A DNA stretch of 64,000 nt from Nitrospinales bacterium (GCA_965223345.1 CBDCWG010000012.1:192001-256000), one strand, 5' to 3'. Positions 29,127 to 39,200 are shown, counted from the stretch's first letter. Numbers and translations: made by a program. Notes: generated from the sequence alone by a model not told the origin.

Positions 29127-29918
29127 TCAGGAGGGCTGCTCGGCCACGCCGGCAACGGGGCGGCGGGCTTTGCGTTTGAGACGCATAAAATCGAGGAACC
29201 GGGGCGTTTTGTAAAACCCGGCGTGCGCGGTGTCCTGCCCGCTGCGCGCCAGCGTTCCCGCGCTCGCCTGTTCGAGAGCTTGCAGGATCAGATCCGCCGC
29301 CAGCTTCAGGTTTTTCTTTTTGATGGCAAGCAGGCCGTCGCCGGCTTCGAGGGCGATGCGGCCCTGCAGGGCGATGGGACCGGAGTCGATCCCCGGATCC
29401 AGATGCAGGATGGAGGTGCCGATGTTGGCGAAATCACCGTCGTAAAACGCCCAGAAATCCGAATGCACGTTGCGGTAGCGCGGCACGATGCCGCCGTGGA
29501 TGTTGAGCATGTAATGTTTCGGGACGCGCAACACATCGGGCTTGAGGATGGAGGTGCCGTACACCACCACGATGTCGGGCGCCAGCGATTTGAGGTGCGC
29601 GATGCAGTCGCCGCCGGAAGCGTTTTCGAAGGACTCGATCGCAACGCCCTGCGGATAGCCGGTGATTCCATTCGGTTTGAGCAGTTGTTCCTCGAGATAG
29701 CGGTTGCCGGCGCGCGCATACAGGTAGACGGAAGCGAAATCCAATAGCTTCACGGGCCAGCGCCACCCGTTCGATGCGCGAAACTCGCGCTTGAGTTTCT
29801 TTCGGGTTTTTGCGGCGGCGGTTTCCAGGACGATCGCATCCAGCTTGCCTTTAGCGCACAAGCTATGCGCGAGGTACTTCGCACCCACCGAGTCTGTGGC
29901 CAGAAAAACGGTTTTCAT
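29127..29918 (-). CDS. Formyltransferase family protein
   Basis: LNIHGGIVPRYR, GTSILHLDPGIDSGPI (N-x-H and D-x-G catalytic motifs). Confidence 0.88.
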   Translation of the reverse strand: MKTVFLATDSVGAKYLAHSLCAKGKLDAIVLETAAAKTRKKLKREFRASNGWRWPVKLLDFASVYLYARAGNRYLEEQLLKPNGITGYPQGVAIESFENASGGDCIAHLKSLAPDIVVVYGTSILKPDVLRVPKHYMLNIHGGIVPRYRNVHSDFWAFYDGDFANIGTSILHLDPGIDSGPIALQGRIALEAGDGLLAIKKKNLKLAADLILQALEQASAGTLARSGQDTAHAGFYKTPRFLDFMRLKRKARRPVAGVAEQPS

Positions 29919-29925
29919 GATTTTT

Positions 29926-30777
29926 CTAGGCGCTCCTTCGCACGATGTCCTTGAGCGTCGTGACGGTGAATCCCAAAGACTGCGCTTTGACGATCATCGC
30001 TTCGATAAGCGGCAGTTCCTGCACGCCGGCGTAACCGGGATGCTCGTACACCACAGCGATGTTTTTGTCCGCAAGCCGTCCGGCAAAATCGTCGAGGATC
30101 GCCGCATCGTCCTTCCCCTCAGCGCGCAGGTGCTCGACGTAGCCCACACCGCCGGGCTCGCCGAGAATATTGGTCGGCACCTGCCACAATTTTTCCGGAG
30201 ACCCGGCGGGGGTCATCGCCTCCCATTGCGATCCTTTCCGGTCGGCGACGTAGTGAAACCCCAATGTCGGCAGCACCCGGTTCAACGCAGCGGAGCCCTG
30301 CCATCCCGGTGAGGCGAACCCGGCCGGCGCAGCGATGCGGTGCCGGGTCAGCGTCCTGAGCGCCCCGGAAACTTCGCGGCGGATTTTTTCCACCGGCCAG
30401 CCGGCGCCGTCGTGTTGCCAGGCGCCGTGATTGAAGCCGCCGTGCAGACCCAGTTCGTTGCCGGATTCGGCCAGGGCCTTCAGCGTGTGCGGGCAGGAAG
30501 CGCCGACTTTCGGGTTCCACAGAGCGGTGATCAAAAAATCCTTCCACCCCAGTTTCTGCAGATTGGAAAGTTTCGCGGTCGTGGGACCTGTGCCGTTTCT
30601 GCTGGCGAACAGTTTTTTCAAATACAGCCGCCGCGAGGTGCCCCTGCCCATGTTGACAAAAAAGGTGAATGGAACGTGCAGGCGCTTAGAAAGGGCGAGG
30701 AGGTTGGGAACGCCGCGTTTCATGCAGCGGAGCGTGTCCACATCAAAACGGAAGCAAAAGTATTTCATTTGACCCAT
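29926..30777 (-). CDS. ArnD-like polysaccharide deacetylase/deformylase
   Basis: RFDVDT..GVPNLL, FFVNMGR, ELGLHGGFNHGAWQ, ASPGW; start at 30777 or 30768. Confidence 0.82.
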   Translation of the reverse strand: MGQMKYFCFRFDVDTLRCMKRGVPNLLALSKRLHVPFTFFVNMGRGTSRRLYLKKLFASRNGTGPTTAKLSNLQKLGWKDFLITALWNPKVGASCPHTLKALAESGNELGLHGGFNHGAWQHDGAGWPVEKIRREVSGALRTLTRHRIAAPAGFASPGWQGSAALNRVLPTLGFHYVADRKGSQWEAMTPAGSPEKLWQVPTNILGEPGGVGYVEHLRAEGKDDAAILDDFAGRLADKNIAVVYEHPGYAGVQELPLIEAMIVKAQSLGFTVTTLKDIVRRSA

Positions 30778-30857
30778 GAAGATGAAGTCCGGCGGGAACG
30801 GGAAGACAAAAACAGAAATCTTTGTCCGGCGTGAGCCATCCGCCCCTCGGCGGAGAG

Positions 30858-31628
30858 TCAGGAATCGAAAAAATCCCCGGTCATGTGGTCGAGCTGGATG
30901 GGGAAGGAGAAGACGGATTTGCGCGGGATGCCGATTTCGTCGAGAAGCTGCACGAAGAAAAAATAGTTCATGTTGTCTTTCAGGTTTTTCAGCGCCGCCG
31001 TGACGACTTTTTCGTCGTGCGCGATGGGAACGAGGGTTTCGCAAAGCTCCGCCGCGTTCCACGCCTGCCCGCGCGGCATCTTCAGCAAACGCGTGGTGCG
31101 CGAGACGCGCTGCACGTTGGAGCGCCGCCGCTCCTCCTCTTTTTCCAGATCGAGATACTTGATGCATTTTTCCCTGAGCAGCAGTCCCCGCTCCCAGGGC
31201 CCCGCCTCCTGCCAGCCGACGAACAGGGCCTTGTCCGTGCGGGTGTGTTCGAGATCCTGCATCAGCACTTTCTGCTCGAGACGGCGCTTTTCTTTTTTGA
31301 GCTTTTCGGTTTCCTTTCTCAGCTCCAGCTCTTTTTCCCATTCCTCCCAGCGGAATGTGCGGTCGGCGTCTCTCTTCGCTTTCCATTTGCGGTAGCGCAG
31401 CGAGAGCACGTCCTCGTAGGTCATCGCGTCCAGCTCGCGGTACAGGGTCTGCGCGCGTTCGACCTTCAACGAGGTGGCGGCATCGACCAGGGAGGCGTAT
31501 TTTTCCGGGTCCTTTTCTTCCAGTTCGGCGGCTTTGGGAAGCACGTATTGCCAGCTCAGAACACCCCCGGCCAGAAGAACCACGCCGAACACGCCCGCCG
31601 TATATTTGATCCATCCGGGTATTTTCAT
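30858..31628 (-). CDS. Hypothetical membrane-anchored protein
   Basis: N-terminal TM helix, charged coiled-coil-like body. Confidence 0.75.
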   Translation of the reverse strand: MKIPGWIKYTAGVFGVVLLAGGVLSWQYVLPKAAELEEKDPEKYASLVDAATSLKVERAQTLYRELDAMTYEDVLSLRYRKWKAKRDADRTFRWEEWEKELELRKETEKLKKEKRRLEQKVLMQDLEHTRTDKALFVGWQEAGPWERGLLLREKCIKYLDLEKEEERRRSNVQRVSRTTRLLKMPRGQAWNAAELCETLVPIAHDEKVVTAALKNLKDNMNYFFFVQLLDEIGIPRKSVFSFPIQLDHMTGDFFDS

Positions 31629-31774
31629 CGCCCCGCCCGAGAAGATTGAAATCTCAATAAATCAAATGCTTAATACTTATCGACGGGATCGGGAAAAAGG
31701 TTGATGGTTTTTTGCGGGGTTGTGGAGAAATCCGGCGCCGGCGTGGAGCCGGGATGAAGGGTGCGGCTGAAAAA

Positions 31775-33322
31775 TCAGTGCTTGAAGTGGCGGATGCCGG
31801 TGAACACCATGGCGATGCCGTGCTCTTCGGCGGCCTGGATGACCTCTTCGTCGCGGATCGATCCTCCGGGCTGGATGATGGCGGTGACGCCGCTTTTGGC
31901 AGCTTCGTCGATGGAGTCGCGGAACGGGAAGAACGCGTCGGAGGCCATGGCGCAGCCCTTAAGGGGCTTTTTGGCCTTGTCCACCGCCAGCCTGGCGGAA
32001 TCCACCCGGCTCATCTGGCCCGCGCCGACGCCCAGGGTCTCGCCGCCTTTGACGTAGACGATGGCGTTGGACTTGACGTGTTTCGCCACCACCCAGGCGA
32101 ACATCAGATCCTGCATTTCCTGATCGCCGGGCGCGCGCGAGGTGACGGTCTTCAGTTTGGCCGGATCGTGCGTGATGGCGTCCCGGTCCTGAACCAGCAG
32201 GCCGCCGCCGATGCGCTTGAGGTCCGCTTCCGGTTTTGCGGGTTCCGGCAGGGGCAGCTCCATCAGGCGGATGTTCTTTTTCGAGGCGAACAGCTCCAGC
32301 GCCTTGGGATCGTAGCCGGGCGCGACGACGGCCTCGACGAAATTCTGCAGGATCTCCTGCGCCAGCGCCTCGCCCACGGGACGGTTGAACCCCAGGATGC
32401 CGCCGAACGCCGACACCGGGTCGGTCTCGCGCGCGCGGATGAACACCGCGTGCGAATCTTCGCCGACGGCGACGCCGCAGGGATTGGAATGCTTGATGAT
32501 CACCGAAGCGGAGCTCTCGAATTCGGTGACCAGCTCCCAGGCGGCGTTGAGATCGAGGAAATTGTTGAACGACAGTTCTTTTCCCTGCAACTGCCGGGCG
32601 GAGACGATGTCGGAAGGCCGGGCGCGCACGCCGCGGTACAACGCCGCGGCCTGGTGCGGGTTCTCGCCGTAACGCAGGTCCTGGACTTTTTCGTGCGGTT
32701 CGAGGAACACCGGCGGGAAGCCGCCTTCCTGCAACTCGCCGCTCAGATGACGCGTGATGATGGCGTCGTAGCGCGCGGTGTGGGCGTAGGCGTCGCGGCT
32801 CAGGCGCTGGCGCGTCTTAGCAGTGAGCGCGCCGTCGTAAGCCTGCATCTCCTTGAGCACCGCGTCGTAGTCTTTCGGGCTGACGACGACGGCGACGTCG
32901 TTGAAGTTTTTCGCGGCCGAGCGGATCATGGCCGGGCCGCCGATGTCAATGTTCTCGACGGCTTCTTCGAGCGTGCAGTTTTCCCTGGCGATGGTGGCCT
33001 CGAAGGGATACAGGTTGATCGCCACCAGATCGATCGGCTCGATGCCGTGCTCGCGCATCGCAGCCATGTGGGCTTCCACATCGCGCCGGCCGAGAATGGC
33101 GCCGTGGATTTTCGGATGCAGGGTCTTGATGCGGCCGTCCATCATCTCCGGGAACCCGGTGTAGTCCGACACGGCGGTCACGTCCACGCCGTTTTGCTTC
33201 AACAGATCGGCGGTGCCTCCGGTGGACAGAATGACGACGCCCTGGGCCTGGAGTTTTTGCGCAAACGCCACCACGCCCGTTTTATCGGAAACGCTGATCA
33301 ATGCCCTTTTTATGGGTCCCAT
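31775..33322 (-). CDS. purH: Bifunctional AICAR transformylase/IMP cyclohydrolase
   Basis: [58 protein letters not shown]. Confidence 0.98.
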   Translation of the reverse strand: MGPIKRALISVSDKTGVVAFAQKLQAQGVVILSTGGTADLLKQNGVDVTAVSDYTGFPEMMDGRIKTLHPKIHGAILGRRDVEAHMAAMREHGIEPIDLVAINLYPFEATIARENCTLEEAVENIDIGGPAMIRSAAKNFNDVAVVVSPKDYDAVLKEMQAYDGALTAKTRQRLSRDAYAHTARYDAIITRHLSGELQEGGFPPVFLEPHEKVQDLRYGENPHQAAALYRGVRARPSDIVSARQLQGKELSFNNFLDLNAAWELVTEFESSASVIIKHSNPCGVAVGEDSHAVFIRARETDPVSAFGGILGFNRPVGEALAQEILQNFVEAVVAPGYDPKALELFASKKNIRLMELPLPEPAKPEADLKRIGGGLLVQDRDAITHDPAKLKTVTSRAPGDQEMQDLMFAWVVAKHVKSNAIVYVKGGETLGVGAGQMSRVDSARLAVDKAKKPLKGCAMASDAFFPFRDSIDEAAKSGVTAIIQPGGSIRDEEVIQAAEEHGIAMVFTGIRHFKH

Positions 33323-33328
33323 CAACTA

Positions 33329-33508
33329 TCAGATCCGTGGGGTTTTCTTTTTCGGTGGGGATTTTTTGAGCAAGGAATCGGGAGTGAGCGCTTCGATGAT
33401 CTTGAGCAGCCACACGGGAAACGACCCGACGGTGTCGAACAGCCTGGGTTCGGGTTTGGGAGGCGGCGGCGCCTGATACTTGCTCGGATTCGGGGTTTGC
33501 TCGTTCAT
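33329..33508 (-). CDS. Small Pro/Lys-rich protein (59 aa), below the ORF-track cutoff
   Basis: ATG at 33508 with GAGG RBS; MNEQTPNPSKYQAPPPPKPEPRLFDTVGSFPVWLLKIIEALTPDSLLKKSPPKKKTPRI; stop 6 bp before the purH ATG. Confidence 0.6.
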   Translation of the reverse strand: MNEQTPNPSKYQAPPPPKPEPRLFDTVGSFPVWLLKIIEALTPDSLLKKSPPKKKTPRI

Positions 33509-33724
33509 GGATTTCCTCAGGGTTCATGCCAACGGGACGCGCTTTTCCAGCGGGGAAAATTGCATGCGGTTGGATCGAGTTGGAAATAGTACTATTTTTT
33601 GACTGCATTGCAAATAAAAAACCGCGCTGCGCCGGCCGGGGAGTTTCGGCCCTCCCCCGCTGCGCGTTTCGTTTGGCAATGGGTTGATCGGGTGCGGGTT
33701 ACGCCGATGCAGGGGAACAACCGG

Positions 33725-35512
33725 TCACAGGGTGACGCACAGGCCGTGCGTGTATTTCCATTCGATGGGGCCTTTGAAGTTCAGGCTGCCGAACTGCTCG
33801 TTGAGATTGCGGGTGCATTCGGCCAGCAGACCCTGCACATATTCGCGGTCGCTGTCGGTCCAGGCCATGCCGGTTTCCAGGATTTTGCGGTGGAAGGTTT
33901 CGATGAGGTCTTCGTCGCAGACCCGGCCCTCGTCCGCACGGATCGGCAGAACGAAGATCATTTCGAGAAAACTTCTGGCGGCGGGCTCGGGCAGCGGCTT
34001 GCAGCCGATCTCCTGAAACAGGACGAAGCGGGCCAGGGCGGTGGTCACCCAGGTCAACAGATCGACGCCGTCGCGGTTTTCCGGCACATCGCATTCTTCC
34101 AGATAGGCGTTCATCTTTCTTTCCGACAGATCGAGGAAGAATTTTGAGAAACGCAGGTAAAACTTCCAGCGGTTGAGAAAGGCCTCCTGCCGGTGGATGT
34201 CGGCGAGGCGCTCGAAATCCCGGTAGTCGAGCGGCGCGCCCGCACCGGCATATTCCCCGACCTGCGGGAAGCGCACCACGAGGGCGGCGAGCTGGTCCTT
34301 GTCGCCGGGCGTCAAAAGGTAGTCCAGGTGCTTACCGTGCTCCTTGAGAAACGCCTCGGCATTCCATTTCAGATGCATCACGGTGTGGTGGCCGGCCTGA
34401 AACAAAAACTGCAGCCAGGTGTTCCTGAGCAGCGCCTTGCCTTTATCCGGATCGGAAGACGCGCCCGATTCCAGCCCGATGTCGATGTAGCCCAGGACTT
34501 TGCGAACGGCGCGGCGGCGCTGCTCCCGGTCGGTGGGATCGGCGCGATCGGCGACGAGCACTTTGTTGGCGAGGGCCGCGAGTTCCCAGCCCATCGCATG
34601 CAACCCTTCGGAACCGGAAAGCCCGGACAGGCAGGTTGCCAGAAAGCTGGACGGCGAAACTTCAGTCAACACATATTGCGGCGGCAAACTCTCTTCCCGT
34701 TCGGGCAATGTTTCCTTTTTCGGCGCGACGTTGTCCCTGAGCGTCTGCGGATCGAGAAAGTGGTAGACCTTGATCGCTTCGGTGTATTCGGGGATGCCGT
34801 GTTCGGCGGTGCGCGTCAGCCGCCAGCGGTACGCGTTTTCCAGCGTGGGGGTGCGGGGATACCAGATCACCGCTTCCATCAGCGAAAAAAACAGCGGCGG
34901 ATCTTCCGCGTGCAACAGCAGCAGCAGTTTTTTGAGAACGCCGTGTTCCTCGACCAGAAAATAAATGTCGTACACGCCGTCGGGCGTGAAATGCGCGAGC
35001 TGTTCGGTGTTTTCATACGAGTCGGTCATCTCGTCGCGCTTGTACACCTTGATCAGCGCCTGCAGGAGCGTGACCTTTTTATCGGACTCCTCGCTCTGGA
35101 ACCACCTGAGCGCCTGCGGCTCGCCGCATTGGTCGAGCAGCGTCAGCCACTCCAGGGCTTTTTGCGGCTGGAACTTGTCTCCCTGCCACCATTCCAGATC
35201 GAACACGAACTGCAATTGCTCCTGCGAAGCCTGCGCGATGATGGCGAGCGCGTCGGATTCGCCGATGTCCTTCAGGCTCTGGTACAGCTCTTCCACGGGC
35301 AACGCCCGCACCACCTCACCGGCGTGCGGGGAAAGCTGAAGAAAATCCCGTTTCTGCTTGCCGCGCAAAGCCATCACGCAACGCGCCTGGTCTGCGACAG
35401 GCAGGCCCGCCAGGATCTCCTCCACTTTCCAGGGCTGGGTTTCGATCCAGTCTTCAGGAAAGGGCAGCGCAGCGGCTGCGGGATTTTCAATGGAATCGTT
35501 TTTCTCTTTCAT
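33725..35512 (-). CDS. Conserved hypothetical protein (DUF6178-like)
   Basis: ~595 aa helical ORF; EQLQFVFDLEWW, FTPDGVY, LANKVLVAD segments resemble this family from memory. Confidence 0.7.
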   Translation of the reverse strand: MKEKNDSIENPAAAALPFPEDWIETQPWKVEEILAGLPVADQARCVMALRGKQKRDFLQLSPHAGEVVRALPVEELYQSLKDIGESDALAIIAQASQEQLQFVFDLEWWQGDKFQPQKALEWLTLLDQCGEPQALRWFQSEESDKKVTLLQALIKVYKRDEMTDSYENTEQLAHFTPDGVYDIYFLVEEHGVLKKLLLLLHAEDPPLFFSLMEAVIWYPRTPTLENAYRWRLTRTAEHGIPEYTEAIKVYHFLDPQTLRDNVAPKKETLPEREESLPPQYVLTEVSPSSFLATCLSGLSGSEGLHAMGWELAALANKVLVADRADPTDREQRRRAVRKVLGYIDIGLESGASSDPDKGKALLRNTWLQFLFQAGHHTVMHLKWNAEAFLKEHGKHLDYLLTPGDKDQLAALVVRFPQVGEYAGAGAPLDYRDFERLADIHRQEAFLNRWKFYLRFSKFFLDLSERKMNAYLEECDVPENRDGVDLLTWVTTALARFVLFQEIGCKPLPEPAARSFLEMIFVLPIRADEGRVCDEDLIETFHRKILETGMAWTDSDREYVQGLLAECTRNLNEQFGSLNFKGPIEWKYTHGLCVTL

Positions 35513-35691
35513 CGGACTCAATCTTTACTTCCGCCGCCCGCCGGATAAAACCGGACGCACGGACCCGTTGCCAGCACCGCTCCTCGCCGCGCACGGGTCT
35601 TGCGTTTTTTTGCAACGATCATCCGCAGGCGCGTTGTGTGGAATGAAACTCGATTATAGCCGCATGACCGGGGTGTTTCAACACGGCCGCG

Positions 35692-36474
35692 TCATAACGG
35701 GCGCAGCATGGCGAGGGTGAGCAGGCGGCCGGCGGCGGCTTCCTTGCGGTAGGAAAAAAAACGTTCGGTGTCGCAGGCGGTGCAGTGGCCCAGGCGAAAG
35801 ATCTTCTCCGGCAGCATGCCGGCGGCCAGTCCGTCCTGCACGTTGGCGGCGAACAGATCGAGCCAGACCTTTCCGTTTTCATGCGGCTGGACGAAGCGCT
35901 GCCATTCGGGATAGCGGGCGCAAAACGGTTCCAGGCAGTCGGCGTCCACTTCGTAGCAGCATCCGCCGATGCCGGGACCCAATCCCGCCTTGAGGTCTTC
36001 GGGACGGGAGCCCATGTGTTCCTGAAATGCGGCGACGGTCGCCGAAAAAATCCGCTCGGCGGTCCCGCGTCTGCCGGCGTGCACCACGGCCGCAGCGCGC
36101 TGCACGGGATCGTAGATCACGATGGGAACGCAATCGGCGGTCAGCACGGCGATCGGGCGGTCCGTCAGGGCGGTGAGAATCGCGTCTGCGTCCACCCGGG
36201 CGACTTCTTCCGGGGTCGTTTGCGGATCGTGCAATAGATGCACACCGTTCCCGTGCACCTGCCGGGCGAGAAACAGGTCTTCCCCGTCGATGCGCAGCGA
36301 ATGAAGCAGAGCCCGCTTGTGCCGCTTTGATGTTTCCGACTCCCACATACGCGAAAATTCCAGGTCGGTGCGCGCGCCGTTTTCGTCTTCGAAGTAACGC
36401 TGTGTGAAGCCATGAACCAATGCGAAATGATCTGACAAACCGTCGATTGCGAATGTGGAGACAAACATTTTCAT
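35692..36474 (-). CDS. pgeF: Peptidoglycan editing factor / purine nucleoside phosphorylase YfiH family
   Basis: QVHG, ADAILT, TADCVP, HAGRRG, GPGIGGCCYEV, CTAC..FFSYR. Confidence 0.93.
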   Translation of the reverse strand: MKMFVSTFAIDGLSDHFALVHGFTQRYFEDENGARTDLEFSRMWESETSKRHKRALLHSLRIDGEDLFLARQVHGNGVHLLHDPQTTPEEVARVDADAILTALTDRPIAVLTADCVPIVIYDPVQRAAAVVHAGRRGTAERIFSATVAAFQEHMGSRPEDLKAGLGPGIGGCCYEVDADCLEPFCARYPEWQRFVQPHENGKVWLDLFAANVQDGLAAGMLPEKIFRLGHCTACDTERFFSYRKEAAAGRLLTLAMLRPL

Positions 36475-36692
36475 TGCAATATCCGAAAAAAATTTTTCTC
36501 CGCAACCAAGAACGCCTCCGATTGCGCGTTAAAATATTTTTTGTCCTTTTTCTTTCCCGCCTCCCCGCTCAAGCAGATCCAGAGAGGTTTTCCGGCGCGC
36601 TTGAATTTTTCCCCGCTGAACTTAAAATTTCAAATTTTCACCGGTCATCGACTCCCTTGTAACCCTGTAACCTCTTTTTTGTCAATATTTGC

Positions 36693-36720
36693 TTGACATT
36701 GATTGCATATCGCATAGAAT
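36693..36720 (+). promoter_or_regulatory. Sigma70 promoter of the histone-like gene
   Basis: TTGACA-N16-TAGAAT; an inverted TGTCAA lies at 36680-36685. Confidence 0.65.
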
Positions 36721-36789
36721 GAATAAACAATCATTTGGGCGCTGAAACAAAGCTCGATGAGGGAAGAGAGAGGTAAAAAGGAGATCTTG

Positions 36790-37029
36790 ATGGCAACCAA
36801 GAAGAAGGCTAAGAAGAAAGCAGCAAAGAAAAAAACCACGAAGAGAAAAGCTGCAAAGAAAAAAACCACGAAGAAAAAAGCAACAAAGAAAAAAGCGACA
36901 AAGAAAAAAGCAACAAAGAGAAAAACCAAGAGAAAAGCTGCTAAGAAAAAAACCACAAAGAAAAAAGCAGCCAAGAAAAAAACGGCAAAGAAAAAAACTC
37001 GAAGGAAAGCGAAGAAGAAATCTGCATAA
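36790..37029 (+). CDS. Lys-rich histone H1-like DNA-binding protein (79 aa)
   Basis: AAGGAG RBS, ATG at 36790; 16 basic triplets (48 of 79 residues K/R) spaced by Ala/Thr; own promoter and terminator. Confidence 0.88.
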   Translation: MATKKKAKKKAAKKKTTKRKAAKKKTTKKKATKKKATKKKATKRKTKRKAAKKKTTKKKAAKKKTAKKKTRRKAKKKSA

Positions 37030-37043
37030 CCCGACTTTCGCTT

Positions 37044-37075
37044 CGCCGGTTGCAACCGGCGGGTTTTTTCTTTTT
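37044..37075 (+). terminator. Intrinsic terminator
   Basis: cgccggt-tgca-accggcg hairpin followed by T runs. Confidence 0.75.
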
Positions 37076-37228
37076 GTCAAGTCAAACTTTTTTACTTTTC
37101 GACCCTCTTTCAACCCTCATCTCTTTCATCTTGTTTCAGCGCCCAAAAGCATCTTGCCTTTTGGGCCTTCGGCATTCCCCCCTTCCTGAGCCCCCACCCC
37201 GACCCAGCAAGCCCTTGTTTTTAAACAA

Positions 37229-38431
37229 CTACTCCTTTATTCGCGCGTAAAACCCCTTCAAATATTCCCCTTCGGGAAAGCGCACCGGATGATCCTGTGC
37301 GTGGCCGGTTTTTGCCAGTTCCTCGTGTTTTTTCCCCGCCGAGGCGATTCCCCGCTCGACGGCGCGGAAAAAGTCCTGCTTGGAAACCCGGGCGGAACAG
37401 GATGCGGCGAACAGCATGCCCCCCGGCCGGGTGCAGCGGGCCCCCCTCTGCACCAGCGTTTCGTAGGCTGAAAGCGCTTTTTGCCGGTGCTTTTTTTTGT
37501 TGGCGAACGCAGGCGGATCGAGCACCACGCAATCGAACGACCTGCCTTTTTGATGCAGCGTTTGCAGCACGGCAAACGCATCGCCTTCGATCTGTTGCAA
37601 ATTTGAAATTTGCGCGGCGTCTTCGGCAAAGTTCAAGCGCAGGTTCCGCAGAGAACTCTCAAGCGCCAACGGGTTGGAATCGACTTCCACCACCGAGCGC
37701 GCTCCGCCCGCCAGCGCGTACACGGAAAACCCGCCGGTGTAGCTGAACACGTTCAAAACTTCCTTGCCGCGCGCCGCATCGCGGATGCGCTTGCGGTTGT
37801 CGCGCTGGTCGAGAAAAAAACCGGTCTTTTGTCCGGCAAACACATCGGCTTCGAACCGCAGTCCGTTTTCCTGGAAACACACGGGACCGGCGGGAGGGTT
37901 GCCGAACAGAATCCGTCCGTCCTGCCAGCCGCCGGCGCCGGTGTCGATCAGTCTGCGGCTCAATCGCAGGACGCAGCGCTCGACGGGCAGCGTCTCTTCA
38001 AGCAGAGGCAACAGCGTCGCAAGATGCGGGAACCAGGCGACGGTGTAGAGCTTCAACACCGCCGTGTCTTCATAGCGGTCGAGAACCAGACCGGGAAACC
38101 CGTCGTTCTCCCCGTTCACGATGCGATAACCGGTGGTCCCTTGCCCCGGCAACGCCGCGCGCAGCCGCTCTGCCGCATCCAGCCGCGTGCGGAAAAAAGC
38201 CGCATCCATCTCGACGGCCTGACCAGTGGCTACGATGCGCAGGCGCAGCTCGGAATCCGGATCGTACAAGGCGAGCGCGAGAAACCTGTTGCGCGCGTCG
38301 TACACCACGGCCAGGTCGCCCGGTTCACCAGCGCCGCTTTGCTTTAGGATCTGGTAATCGAAAATCCAGGGGTGGCCTTTACGGATTTTTTCCTGCAGGG
38401 TTTTGGAGATGCGGATTTTGACAAGGCTCAT
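37229..38431 (-). CDS. Class I SAM-dependent rRNA methyltransferase (RlmI-like, PUA domain)
   Basis: GHPWIF, GENDGFPGL, GQKTGFFLDQRDNR, LNVFSYTGGF, LDPPAF, EYLK. Confidence 0.92.
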   Translation of the reverse strand: MSLVKIRISKTLQEKIRKGHPWIFDYQILKQSGAGEPGDLAVVYDARNRFLALALYDPDSELRLRIVATGQAVEMDAAFFRTRLDAAERLRAALPGQGTTGYRIVNGENDGFPGLVLDRYEDTAVLKLYTVAWFPHLATLLPLLEETLPVERCVLRLSRRLIDTGAGGWQDGRILFGNPPAGPVCFQENGLRFEADVFAGQKTGFFLDQRDNRKRIRDAARGKEVLNVFSYTGGFSVYALAGGARSVVEVDSNPLALESSLRNLRLNFAEDAAQISNLQQIEGDAFAVLQTLHQKGRSFDCVVLDPPAFANKKKHRQKALSAYETLVQRGARCTRPGGMLFAASCSARVSKQDFFRAVERGIASAGKKHEELAKTGHAQDHPVRFPEGEYLKGFYARIKE

Positions 38432-38474
38432 GGTGCGCGAAGATCCTGCGTGAGATGCAGGACCCTTTCGGGTG

Positions 38475-39200
38475 TCAATTGACGCCCGGCAGGTGGCCGC
38501 GGGTCATGACTTTCAGGATCCTCGCCTGGCGGCGCTCCACGTGTTTTTGCGGCCGGTGGATGGACCATTCTCTCGGATTGGGCAGGATCGCCGCCAGCCA
38601 CGCAGCTTCAACGGGGGACAGTTTGGCGCAGGAGCGGTTGAAGTAATAACGCGAAGCGGCTTCGCAACCGTACACGCCCTTCCCCCACTCGATCACATTC
38701 AGATAGACTTCCAGGATCCGGTCCTTGGCCCACAGGTTTTCGATCAGCACGGTGAAATAGGATTCGAGGGATTTCCGCAACCAGTTGCGCCCCTGCCACA
38801 AAAACACGTTGCGGGAGGTCTGCATGGAGATGGTGCTGGCGCCGATCCTGCGCTTGCCTTCCAGGTTGACGCGGATGGCGGACTCGATGGCCTGCCAGTC
38901 GAACCCTTTGTGCTGAAAAAATTTCTGGTCTTCGGCGGCGATCGCGGCCTTGATCAGGTGCGGGGAAATGCGCTCCAGCGGGACCCAGAACATCAGCTTG
39001 CGCGGGTAGTTTTCGCTGCGTTCGTTTTCCACCCAGCGGATCCACATCAGCGGGGTGGTGGGCGGGTTGGTGGCGCTGTAGATCAGTACCGGCACGACGG
39101 TCAGGGTGAGAAACACAAACACCGCATCGAACAGCAGCTTGCCGATGCGGATGCGGATGGTCTTTTTGCTCTTCGGTCTGCGGTTTCCGAACCACCTCAT
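38475..39200 (-). CDS. mtgA: Monofunctional biosynthetic peptidoglycan transglycosylase
   Basis: AAEDQKF..HKGFD, GASTISMQT, RKSLE, KDRILEVYLN, LAAILPNP. Confidence 0.93.
   Translation of the reverse strand: MRWFGNRRPKSKKTIRIRIGKLLFDAVFVFLTLTVVPVLIYSATNPPTTPLMWIRWVENERSENYPRKLMFWVPLERISPHLIKAAIAAEDQKFFQHKGFDWQAIESAIRVNLEGKRRIGASTISMQTSRNVFLWQGRNWLRKSLESYFTVLIENLWAKDRILEVYLNVIEWGKGVYGCEAASRYYFNRSCAKLSPVEAAWLAAILPNPREWSIHRPQKHVERRQARILKVMTRGHLPGVN

Noticed and set aside
30778..31614. N-terminal 279 aa of the 562-aa ORF 29926-31614 as a fusion to the deacetylase
   Set aside because: That stretch is an alternate frame of the 30858-31628 gene with non-protein-like Arg/Gly/Ala composition; the real start is near 30777
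33509..33724. ZTP (pfl) riboswitch upstream of purH
   Set aside because: Conserved pfl motifs not recognised; an Infernal scan would be needed to exclude it fully
36645..37113. Phe-rich hydrophobic ORFs on the minus strand
   Set aside because: Reverse complement of the Lys-rich gene; promoter, RBS and terminator all support the plus strand
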